Origin: a virus
Lineage: Duplodnaviria; Caudoviricetes
Reading direction: 5' to 3' (one strand)
Length of the DNA: 64,000 bases
Virus record (IMG/VR): IMGVR_UViG_2974753081_000001
Coordinates: 32,001 to 96,000 of that record
The position numbers were made by a program, and so were the translations under genes. This document shows, in pieces, positions 56,853-64,000 of this stretch (the first letter of the stretch is position 1; every line of letters begins with the position of its first letter). Under the pieces are notes generated by a model that was not told where the DNA came from, did not search any database, and saw only the letters and a list, made by a program, of their open reading frames with translations.

Positions 56853-57064
56853 AGGAAACGATGGAGCGCCTCCAGGCGGGGCTGCGAGCGAAGGGGATCG
56901 AGTTCCCGTTCGTCAAGATCGGCATGACCGACTTCGGCATCAGCGTCATCGCCTACACCGACGACGACGAGGGCGACGTGGTGGCCTGCCGCTCCCGACA
57001 GAACGTAGGGGTCGAGGCTCTGGCCGAGCTGATGTCCGAGCTGGCTGATGAGGTCGAGGCATGA
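56849..57064 (+). CDS. hypothetical protein
   Basis: GTGA overlap. Confidence 0.6.
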   Translation: MKETMERLQAGLRAKGIEFPFVKIGMTDFGISVIAYTDDDEGDVVACRSRQNVGVEALAELMSELADEVEA

Positions 57065-57396
57065 GGCTGTCGGAGGCCAAGGGGTTCAACCTCAGCTCGA
57101 CCCAGGACGAGTGGTACATGCACGTGGTCGAGGAGCAGGACCCGATCGAGCTGGAGGACGGCGCGATGATCCCCTGCCGCCGGACGATGGTGTTCGGCCC
57201 CTTCACCAAGGAGGAGATGAAGTCCTCGGCTCGGCTGGCCGTCTCCGACCACCTGACTCACGTCGAGGGTGTCCACTGGGAGCGCACCAAGGTCCACACG
57301 ACGATCGGCCCGGCCCCGGAGACGATGGTCTCGGTCCGGGAGACGATGGCTCGCTATCGCGACCGCCACCGACACGACCACGACGGGATGTACTGA
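57061..57396 (+). CDS. hypothetical protein
   Basis: ATGA overlap. Confidence 0.6.
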   Translation: MRLSEAKGFNLSSTQDEWYMHVVEEQDPIELEDGAMIPCRRTMVFGPFTKEEMKSSARLAVSDHLTHVEGVHWERTKVHTTIGPAPETMVSVRETMARYRDRHRHDHDGMY

Positions 57397-57591
57397 GATG
57401 CGGCGCTTTTGTGCTCTGGCAAGGTATTACTTCAATCAGTTCCGCGACAACCCGCTCACCACGTTCGCCGACAAGCCGGGCGAGCCGGACCGGGACCACA
57501 ACTCCGTTACCGGGCGAGGGCTCAGTAACGAAACGCCGAGGGGCACCGATACACCACCGAATGACGATTCACCTGCCTGAGGAGGCACCCC

Positions 57592-57789
57592 ATGTTCATC
57601 CCGCTCAAGCGAGCGCATGTCACTTACGACGACGGCATCCACGTCCAGAGCAACATGCCCTTCATCGACTTCGGCCCCGTCACCATCGGTAGCGAGGTCT
57701 ACTGGTCCGGTCGTCGCGCCGCCCAGTCCCCGGAGCGCACGTTCATCAATTCCCGTCACGTCCACGTCGTCAGGGAGGTGTCGGAATGA
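57592..57789 (+). CDS. hypothetical protein
   Basis: GAGGAGG RBS. Confidence 0.6.
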   Translation: MFIPLKRAHVTYDDGIHVQSNMPFIDFGPVTIGSEVYWSGRRAAQSPERTFINSRHVHVVREVSE

Positions 57790-58037
57790 TGAGGCGCACG
57801 CTGTCTCGGGTCCGTGAGTACTTCGGCTTCACCTCTGCCCGTGAGCAGGCGGCGGCGACCTATGGCCGTCACGCTGCCGGTCCGTTCACGCCTCCGTTCC
57901 ACGCGGTGTGGGGGTACGGCCCCGTCAATCCGTTCTCGGGTGGTCGTCACCGTCCTGAGAACATCCCGTGGTGGGCAGGCATCCTGAGTGACGACGAGGT
58001 GCGTCCGTCTGCTGTGTCTCAGCTGGCGGCGTCATGA
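57786..58037 (+). CDS. hypothetical protein
   Basis: GGAGG RBS, ATGA overlap. Confidence 0.5.
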   Translation: MMRRTLSRVREYFGFTSAREQAAATYGRHAAGPFTPPFHAVWGYGPVNPFSGGRHRPENIPWWAGILSDDEVRPSAVSQLAAS

Positions 58038-58213
58038 AGGTCTACTACCGGTTCTCCGTACCGCCGGATGCGCTCTCCCCTCCGCTGGAGGTCGATGCCG
58101 AGCGCGTGCCTCGGGTCGGCGATCAGATCGAGTTCGACCTGGACACCTACGACGTCCACTCGGTCACGTGGGCCGACCTGGAGCTGACCTCGGCGACGGT
58201 GGTGCTGCGATGA
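58034..58213 (+). CDS. hypothetical protein (59 aa)
   Basis: MKVYYRFSVPP...; ATGA overlaps at both ends. Confidence 0.55.
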   Translation: MKVYYRFSVPPDALSPPLEVDAERVPRVGDQIEFDLDTYDVHSVTWADLELTSATVVLR

Positions 58214-58407
58214 GCGAGCGCAACATCACGACGCTGTCGATCCGCACCCGGCATCCCGAGGACTATGTGCTCATCAACGAGGCCGACGGCACTCGCTGGC
58301 GCGGGAGCGAAGACATGGGCTGGCTGCGCGACGACATCGAGGACGACCGCCTCTGCGGCTGCGGTGCGCGTGGCGATCACGACGAGACTCACGAGGATGC
58401 GCAGTGA
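58210..58407 (+). CDS. hypothetical protein
   Basis: ATGA overlap. Confidence 0.55.
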   Translation: MSERNITTLSIRTRHPEDYVLINEADGTRWRGSEDMGWLRDDIEDDRLCGCGARGDHDETHEDAQ

Positions 58408-58820
58408 CTGAACCTCGATACATCTGGCTCGGCTATGAGGCGGAGTCTGTCGACGGCATGGCTCCGGCCAGCCTGAAGGTCGCTTTCGATGACGCGGACG
58501 TCGCGTCGGCGTGGAAGACCGATGTGCCTCGTGCTCCCTACCAGTCGAAGTCGCTTCAGCGAATCGAAATTTCTTCCCCCACGACCGATGCCGAGTTCGC
58601 GCGCGCCCGCCTGAAAATCGCGCGCGAGGTCGTGGCCGAGTGGATGACGCACCACGGCAAGACGGCGGTCCGGCTCTTCGATCTGGACGTCGAGATCGAC
58701 AACCTGGATGTGGACGAGCGGGCTCGGCAGATCATGGCCGAGTGCGGGCTGGACCACTCGGCACTGCCCGCCATCAAGGGGACGCTGCGCACTCTGAAGG
58801 AATGGGGAGACATCTCATGA
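58404..58820 (+). CDS. hypothetical protein
   Basis: GTGA overlap. Confidence 0.6.
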   Translation: MTEPRYIWLGYEAESVDGMAPASLKVAFDDADVASAWKTDVPRAPYQSKSLQRIEISSPTTDAEFARARLKIAREVVAEWMTHHGKTAVRLFDLDVEIDNLDVDERARQIMAECGLDHSALPAIKGTLRTLKEWGDIS

Positions 58821-59344
58821 GCCTCTGCGGCGAAGAGTGGACCACGAGACGCGGCGGACATACCGAGCGCCTGGGGCACTCCTGCGGGGAGCCTCGGGGG
58901 CATCCCGGCATACATCGGTGCGCCCTCATCGACTGCTCGGACGTATTGTCTCTGGTGCCCAGCCCGTCGGAGTGCTTGGCGAAGGGTGGGCATCACTGGG
59001 AGACCCCGGTGCCGGGGAAACGCAACCGTTGCTCGCGCTGCGGGACCTCTGGCCAGGTGTTCGAGCCGCAGAAGGAGCCGGAGCTACCCGACGACGATGA
59101 AGACGCGGACTTTTTCTCCGAGGCGCATTGCTCCGAGTCGAAGGGGTGGTGGGAGGCGCAGGCCGCGCTGAACGCTCGGGTGCTTGCTCCAGGCGTCGGT
59201 CCGGTGTTCGTGCTGCGGGCCACCGACCCACGCAGCGTGCGCGCTCTGCGGGCTCTGGCCGACTCCTACAGCGAGCACAACCCTCTGCTCGCCTCTGAGA
59301 TCGATGCGTTCGCGGACGGATGGGCTCGGCGTCATGAGTACTGA
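58817..59344 (+). CDS. Cys/His-rich hypothetical protein
   Basis: C..H..H.C and C...H.W...CSRC motifs. Confidence 0.55.
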   Translation: MSLCGEEWTTRRGGHTERLGHSCGEPRGHPGIHRCALIDCSDVLSLVPSPSECLAKGGHHWETPVPGKRNRCSRCGTSGQVFEPQKEPELPDDDEDADFFSEAHCSESKGWWEAQAALNARVLAPGVGPVFVLRATDPRSVRALRALADSYSEHNPLLASEIDAFADGWARRHEY

Positions 59345-59696
59345 GCCAAGGACCTGGCACATGAACGACCTGAACAGCTGGGGTCGCAACGTCTACTTCA
59401 GCAAGCCGCTGGAGTCGATCACCGAGGCCGCTGAGAAGGGCGTCGGCACCGCTCCGAAGGGGCGGCTCTGCGGCTGGCTGACTCCCCGGCCCCGCGTGGG
59501 TGACCTGTTCACCTGCGACATGAAGTCGGGGCGCGTGGCTGTGCTGCGGGTGACGAAGATGGACACCTACGTCGACCCGCCGGACATGTTCTACGCCGAC
59601 GTCGTGTTCGACGGCTATGCCGACCAGGAGGAGCAGAAGTCCCGCATCGCCTCGGCGGAGAAGCCAAGGCACCGACCGTGGTGGATGAACGCATGA
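59334..59696 (+). CDS. hypothetical protein
   Basis: Coupled ORF. Confidence 0.6.
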   Translation: MSTEPRTWHMNDLNSWGRNVYFSKPLESITEAAEKGVGTAPKGRLCGWLTPRPRVGDLFTCDMKSGRVAVLRVTKMDTYVDPPDMFYADVVFDGYADQEEQKSRIASAEKPRHRPWWMNA

Positions 59697-60025
59697 CGTC
59701 GTATCTGAAGCTCTCCGAGCGTCCGGGCCTTAGCTTCACCGCGCCCGAGTGCAACGCCTGCCTGAAGGAGGTCGATCACGACGGCGACGGGTGGCTGTGC
59801 CCGTCCTGCGGTACATCCTGGCCGGGAAACGTGATGGAGTCCGACGGCTCTGATGCCCAGCTGTTCGAGGAGTGGTCGGGCGAGGAGCTGCCCGGACCAA
59901 CGTGCAAGACCGACGAGGCGTACCTCGCGGCGATCTCTCCGTCCGACTGGTGGAAGAGATGGCCGTCATGCGTGTACAACCAGAGTGACGATGACCACGA
60001 CCAACAGAAGGACGGCAATGGCTGA
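59693..60025 (+). CDS. zinc-ribbon hypothetical protein
   Basis: CNAC...CPSC. Confidence 0.6.
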   Translation: MTSYLKLSERPGLSFTAPECNACLKEVDHDGDGWLCPSCGTSWPGNVMESDGSDAQLFEEWSGEELPGPTCKTDEAYLAAISPSDWWKRWPSCVYNQSDDDHDQQKDGNG

Positions 60026-60218
60026 GATGATGGGCGGACCCCTCGACGGCAAGTTCGAGGAGCCCATTCGCTGCACGGAATGTGATCGCGGCGAGGTAAT
60101 GGACATCGTGGAGACGGTCGAGGGGCCGAACGGTCAGCTCCAGGAGCACCTGTACTCCTATGACGAGCAGACCGGTCGCTGGCAATGGCTGGGACACGAG
60201 AACGTCGAAGTCTCATGA
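60018..60218 (+). CDS. hypothetical protein (GGPLDG motif)
   Basis: AAGGA RBS. Confidence 0.55.
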   Translation: MAEMMGGPLDGKFEEPIRCTECDRGEVMDIVETVEGPNGQLQEHLYSYDEQTGRWQWLGHENVEVS

Positions 60219-60484
60219 TCGCTCGCTCGGCGAGGGACTGGCTGCGCGACGCTGCTCGCTCGGTCGCCCTCGCTGCCGTGGCGCGCAAGACCCGGCGTGC
60301 TGCCGACGAGCAGTACATCCGGTCGCACGCCATCCAGTCGATCCCGGTCGACTGCCCAGAGCACGAGGACCCCATCACTGACATCGTGTGGGCCTCGGCG
60401 GGCGCTGGCCGCGATCCGAGCTGGCTGCGCGTGTACTACTACTGCGGATGCACGCTGTCGCCTGAAGGGAGAAGAGGCGAATGA
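60215..60484 (+). CDS. hypothetical protein
   Basis: ATGA overlap; CPEH...CGC. Confidence 0.5.
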   Translation: MIARSARDWLRDAARSVALAAVARKTRRAADEQYIRSHAIQSIPVDCPEHEDPITDIVWASAGAGRDPSWLRVYYYCGCTLSPEGRRGE

Positions 60485-60825
60485 GGATTTACATCGCCGG
60501 GCCGGTCTCCGGTCACGCCGACTACAACCGTCCGGCCTTCGAGGAGGCCGCTCGGGTGGTCCGCGAGCACGGCCACGCCCCGGTTGTCCCCATCGACCTG
60601 GAGCCGGTCGTGCCGGGCCAGGAGAAGTCGTGGAACTACTACATGCGTCTGGCCCTGCGGGCGCTACTCGACACCGAGGCCGTGCTGGTACTGCCGGGAT
60701 GGATGAACTCCCGTGGTGCCACCATCGAGCGCAGTCTCGCGCTGGAGCTGGACATGCCGGTGTATCACTCGCTCACCGAGCTGGTGGACTGCATGACCGC
60801 GTGGCGACGCGAGTTCACTGGCTGA
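60481..60825 (+). CDS. DUF4406 / nucleoside 2-deoxyribosyltransferase-like protein
   Basis: 'RIYIAGPVSG...YN.PAF...LPGW..SRGA.IE..LA'. Confidence 0.8.
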   Translation: MRIYIAGPVSGHADYNRPAFEEAARVVREHGHAPVVPIDLEPVVPGQEKSWNYYMRLALRALLDTEAVLVLPGWMNSRGATIERSLALELDMPVYHSLTELVDCMTAWRREFTG

Positions 60826-60829
60826 TTGG

Positions 60830-60847
60830 CACTACACTGGTGTAGTG
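60830..60847. promoter_or_regulatory. palindrome CACTACAC-TG-GTGTAGTG, operator-like
   Basis: Perfect 8-bp arms in an intergenic gap, overlapping TTGGCA. Confidence 0.55.
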
Positions 60848-60900
60848 TAAGTCCTGCGCGTAGCGCACCAACCCCGACCAATTTTTCTTAGGAGTTCCCC

Positions 60901-61764
60901 GTGCCAGAGCACGATAATTTCGTGAGCGCGCAGCTCACCCCCGAGGGCCTGCTGGCCGTCCCCAAGACCGAGGGCGACAGGGTGCTGTTCCTGCTCGGTC
61001 GATTCCGCGCCACCGGGCGCTTCGTCCCCGAGCAGACGGTCTCCACCGAGGACCCCGCGTGGTACGAGCTGGATGATCTGCTCGCCGCGATCAAGCGTGG
61101 CAACGAGTCGGCGGAGAAGACCTGGCGCAAGGGCTACAAGGCCGGGCTGCGGTACTACCAGAACTCCGAGCGCCTGCGGCACGGTCCCGACCAGAAGCCG
61201 ATGGTCTGGCTCGATGACCACGGGCTGCTCGTGGTGCGAAACCCCGAGGGGCGGGCGTACTCCCACCTGGAGTGGAAGAACGATCAGGTGGGTTGGCAGT
61301 GGGCTGCGAACATGGATGAGCTGCCCGAGTCGGCCAGGCCGCTGTTCCACCCCGACCTTGCACCTCAGGCACTCCGCGAGATGCTGGGCGACGTCGAGAT
61401 CGAGGTGGTCAAGACGCCTCCCGAGTACGACATGGACGCCGAGTACGAGAGCGAGTTCTGCGCGGACACCTACTACGTCAAGAACATCGAGCCCTCCGGT
61501 CGGCAGCACAACCTGAACCACCTGGACAACCTGGGCACCCCGGTGGAGCCTGCCAAGGTGGCCGCTGCCGTCGACCGCGCCAAGCGTCGGCTCGCGGTCC
61601 TGCTGGACATCCAGGCCGAACTCGACGCCGCTGAGTCGGCAGAGGTCGAGCGCCTGGTCGAGGTGATCCTGGCGAACGAGGACCTCGACATCGACCGTGA
61701 GGGCGCACGCGACATCGCGCTGCGCATGCTGGCCACCTACAACCTGGAGGAGCGCGATGTGTGA
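60901..61764 (+). CDS. hypothetical protein
   Basis: AGGAG RBS; 287 aa. Confidence 0.7.
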   Translation: MPEHDNFVSAQLTPEGLLAVPKTEGDRVLFLLGRFRATGRFVPEQTVSTEDPAWYELDDLLAAIKRGNESAEKTWRKGYKAGLRYYQNSERLRHGPDQKPMVWLDDHGLLVVRNPEGRAYSHLEWKNDQVGWQWAANMDELPESARPLFHPDLAPQALREMLGDVEIEVVKTPPEYDMDAEYESEFCADTYYVKNIEPSGRQHNLNHLDNLGTPVEPAKVAAAVDRAKRRLAVLLDIQAELDAAESAEVERLVEVILANEDLDIDREGARDIALRMLATYNLEERDV

Positions 61765-62161
61765 TCTTCCCGAGGTCGACGTTCGTCGCGGTGGAGATGT
61801 CCAGCCAGAGCTGAACGGGGACCACTGGGTCCAGCCAGAGCTGAACGGGGACCACTGGTACCTGGTCAGCTCTCGGCACAAACCGCGCGACCTCAGCTAC
61901 GAGTTTGATCTATTCAGCAATGACGGGGTGGCGGCAGCGGTGCGCGATGCGCGTGTGGCCCTGGCTGCTCTGATCGAGGTGCAGCGCCAGATCGAGGAGG
62001 TCGAGGTAGCGCGCCGCGACGCTCTCACTCGGTACATGTCGGTGTGTCTGCCGACGACCGCCGATTCGCTGGTCGAGCGTCTCGTGGACAGCCTGTTCGA
62101 GGACGGGCTGATCGACGTGGAGCAGTGCGATGCGATGCGTGGGAAGGGGTCGAACTCATGA
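61757..62161 (+). CDS. hypothetical protein with duplicated decapeptide
   Basis: GGAGGAG RBS. Confidence 0.6.
   Translation: MCDLPEVDVRRGGDVQPELNGDHWVQPELNGDHWYLVSSRHKPRDLSYEFDLFSNDGVAAAVRDARVALAALIEVQRQIEEVEVARRDALTRYMSVCLPTTADSLVERLVDSLFEDGLIDVEQCDAMRGKGSNS
61799..61858 (+). repeat. perfect 30-bp tandem duplication
   Basis: GTCCAGCCAGAGCTGAACGGGGACCACTGG x2. Confidence 0.95.
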
Positions 62162-62289
62162 GCAAGGCAGCAGGCGTCGCTCTCGGCACGGTCGTGTCCC
62201 TGACGTGGGGGCCGGTGCTGGCGATGTTCGCCGTGCTGGCTCTCTGCATCGCTGTCTCGACCGTCGCGGTGTGGCGGGAGGGGCAGTGA
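62158..62289 (+). CDS. small membrane protein
   Basis: MSKAAGVALG... hydrophobic; ATGA overlap. Confidence 0.5.
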   Translation: MSKAAGVALGTVVSLTWGPVLAMFAVLALCIAVSTVAVWREGQ

Positions 62290-62687
62290 TGCCTGTATCC
62301 CCTGAGGAACTGTTCCGAGCCACCAACCCCGGTGCGTTCCCGTTCGAGCGCCAGACGCGCTCGGTCCAGCAGCAGTACGAGCGCGCTGCTCAGAACCTCA
62401 ACGGGGGTACGAGCCACGTGCTCGGCGAGGGTGCGGAGGAAGAGGAGCGGTACCGGACTCCTCACGACCATGTGCGCGCCGCTCGGGCTCTGCTGGAGGT
62501 CGCTGATGCCATGAAGGCCCGCCTCGGTCGGCTGGAGGCGATGGACTTCGCCACCGAGGCCGAGCGTCAGCGCCGCGTCGGTGATCTGACCGCCGAGCTG
62601 CGGCTAGTCTGGACGGAGGCGCAGTTCCACGCGACGATGGCCTCCGTGTCCCCGGACGTCTACACCCGCGCGAGACTGGGCGACTGA
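62289..62687 (+). CDS. hypothetical protein
   Basis: GGAGG RBS; TGATG overlap. Confidence 0.6.
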   Translation: MPVSPEELFRATNPGAFPFERQTRSVQQQYERAAQNLNGGTSHVLGEGAEEEERYRTPHDHVRAARALLEVADAMKARLGRLEAMDFATEAERQRRVGDLTAELRLVWTEAQFHATMASVSPDVYTRARLGD

Positions 62688-62690
62688 GCT

Positions 62691-62778
62691 TCGGTTCCGG
62701 GTCTTCCCCCACCGGCATCCCATGATGCGCTCGGAACCGATCGGGGCCGGGGTGTTGGACATCCAGCATCCCGGTCCC
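62691..62778 (+). terminator. tandem hairpins (terminator or processing structure)
   Basis: TCGGTTCCG/CGGAACCGA and GGGGCCGGGGTGTTGGA/TCCAGCATCCCGGTCCC. Confidence 0.5.
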
Positions 62779-62807
62779 ACCCCCTAACCCGACCAGAGAG
62801 AGAGTCG

Positions 62808-63113
62808 ATGACCACTACCACTGAACCCAAGAAGCCGCCCCGATTCGCCACTGGCGCTCTGGTGGCGCACAACCTGCGGCGGCTGCGCACCGAGACTGGG
62901 ATGAGCCAGAAGGACTTCTCGGACCTCTGTCATGCCTCTGGCCTGGCCTGGTCGCCTGCTCGCATGAGCAACGCCGAGACCAACGCTGTCCCGGTCAACG
63001 CCATCCACGAGCTGGTGGCGCTGCGCGACCTGCTGTCCAAGCTGCTCGACCGTCACGTGAGCCTGGACGAGTTCTTCGAGCCGGTCCCGGACGGTGAGCC
63101 CGACCTGGCATGA
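62808..63113 (+). CDS. XRE-family HTH DNA-binding protein
   Basis: 'NLRRLRTETGMSQKDFS...MSNAE'. Confidence 0.75.
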   Translation: MTTTTEPKKPPRFATGALVAHNLRRLRTETGMSQKDFSDLCHASGLAWSPARMSNAETNAVPVNAIHELVALRDLLSKLLDRHVSLDEFFEPVPDGEPDLA

Positions 63114-63325
63114 GGAACCTCTGCGGCTGCCGGAGCGTGTGGCGCAAGCTCGACCACCTGCTTCGGTGCCGCGTGCGCTACGTCTGCAATCGGCACGACG
63201 ATTACATCCTGAACTCGACAGAGTTCACTACGCTGGAGGAGTACGCCGCCCGGCTCGGCGACGAGATCGCTGAGACGCTTCTGCGCAACCAGCGGCCCAA
63301 CGGAGGGAGCGACCGTGAGCAGTGA
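63110..63325 (+). CDS. hypothetical protein
   Basis: ATGA overlap. Confidence 0.5.
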   Translation: MRNLCGCRSVWRKLDHLLRCRVRYVCNRHDDYILNSTEFTTLEEYAARLGDEIAETLLRNQRPNGGSDREQ

Positions 63326-63650
63326 CTCCGAGGTCTACCGGACCGTCGAGAACGACATCCAGCCCGTCGACCCGACCGAGATCGAGCGGCTGGTGGGCGC
63401 GGCCCGCCACCCCACTCGACATATCGCCCGCGCCGACACCACGGACTGGCAGGTGTACCTGCTCCACCCCCACAGCTGCATTCGGCTGCACGAGGACGGC
63501 GACTACCGCACCGCGTGCAAGTACGCCACGACGCTGCGCTGGGGGTTGTCCCAGGAGGAGTGGGCCGAGCACGAGGACGTGCCCGTGGTGGTCGACATCC
63601 AGGGCGGGCGTCTCGTGCCCGTCGAGGGTGGAGTGGAGGCGCTCGGATGA
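63315..63650 (+). CDS. hypothetical protein
   Basis: GGAGGGAG RBS. Confidence 0.6.
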   Translation: MSSDSEVYRTVENDIQPVDPTEIERLVGAARHPTRHIARADTTDWQVYLLHPHSCIRLHEDGDYRTACKYATTLRWGLSQEEWAEHEDVPVVVDIQGGRLVPVEGGVEALG

Positions 63651-63787
63651 GGCCGCGTCGCAGTCACCGAGAGAGGGTCGTCAGGGGTGCCCTCTACGTC
63701 GCTCTGGCCCCCGGCATGTTCGTTGCTGGGCGTGTCCTGCCGCTGGTGGTACGTGATGCATTCCCGTACCCCTACGGCGACGATTAG
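63647..63787 (+). CDS. small hypothetical protein
   Basis: GGAGG RBS, ATGA overlap. Confidence 0.4.
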   Translation: MRPRRSHRERVVRGALYVALAPGMFVAGRVLPLVVRDAFPYPYGDD

Positions 63788-64000
63788 GTTCGCAAGCCTT
63801 ACAACAGGGATGGTTTGTCCAGTTTCGTCGGGATAAAATCCCGTACTCACATCGCTTCGTTATCGTTCCGAGCCCCATACCACGGTGTAGGGCGCTACGG
63901 TGGACGCCACGCCGATGGAGTGCGGGATTTTTTCTTTTACGACATCAGCGGACGTGCTGGTCACCTTTGTGGGGAGCGAATAGGGAGGTCGGGCTCTCCA

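Noticed and set aside
57397-57591. Possible ribozyme or mini-array (CCGGGCGAG twice, GAAAC) in the gap
   Set aside because: There is no hammerhead CTGANGA core and only two short GC-rich matches. The gap may instead encode a 60-aa ORF (57398-57580) that lacks a clear RBS.
63788-64000. Terminal non-coding stretch with short hairpins (CGGGAT-AAA-ATCCCG) and a T-tract
   Set aside because: It is probably regulatory, but it is cut by the window edge and no specific element can be supported.

Overview
This window is an internal 64-kb segment of a large, high-GC contractile-tailed (myovirus) actinobacteriophage. Its gene order resembles the Bxz1/Myrna-type mycobacteriophages and related Rhodococcus/Gordonia myoviruses; this is inferred from gene content and order, and no database search was run. 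1-25.8 kb holds virion genes: an SGNH/LamG-like tail appendage, neck proteins, tail sheath, tube, a -1 frameshifted tail assembly chaperone, tape measure, a baseplate hub with two muralytic domains, and gp25/J/I-like baseplate proteins. 25.9-49.6 kb is a nearly complete replication and recombination module: SNF2 helicase (the only convincing minus-strand gene), 5'-3' exonuclease, an aminotransferase-III-like protein lacking its catalytic Lys, a possible Sm/Hfq-fold protein, DnaC, DnaB, primase, a J-domain protein, SSB, DnaE, RecA, a resolvase, a Cas4-like nuclease, an HNH endonuclease and DUF932. 49.7-49.9 kb holds tRNA-Arg(CCT) and an adjacent non-canonical tRNA-like RNA. 50-64 kb is a dense, translationally coupled array of small accessory genes. 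The intergenic DNA carries several recurrent motifs (CCCCGACCA before RBSs, a CACTAC/GTAGTG operator-like family, TGACAAG, GTAACGAT) and many long hairpins. No integrase, CRISPR array, capsid, large terminase or clear lysis cassette is visible in this window.
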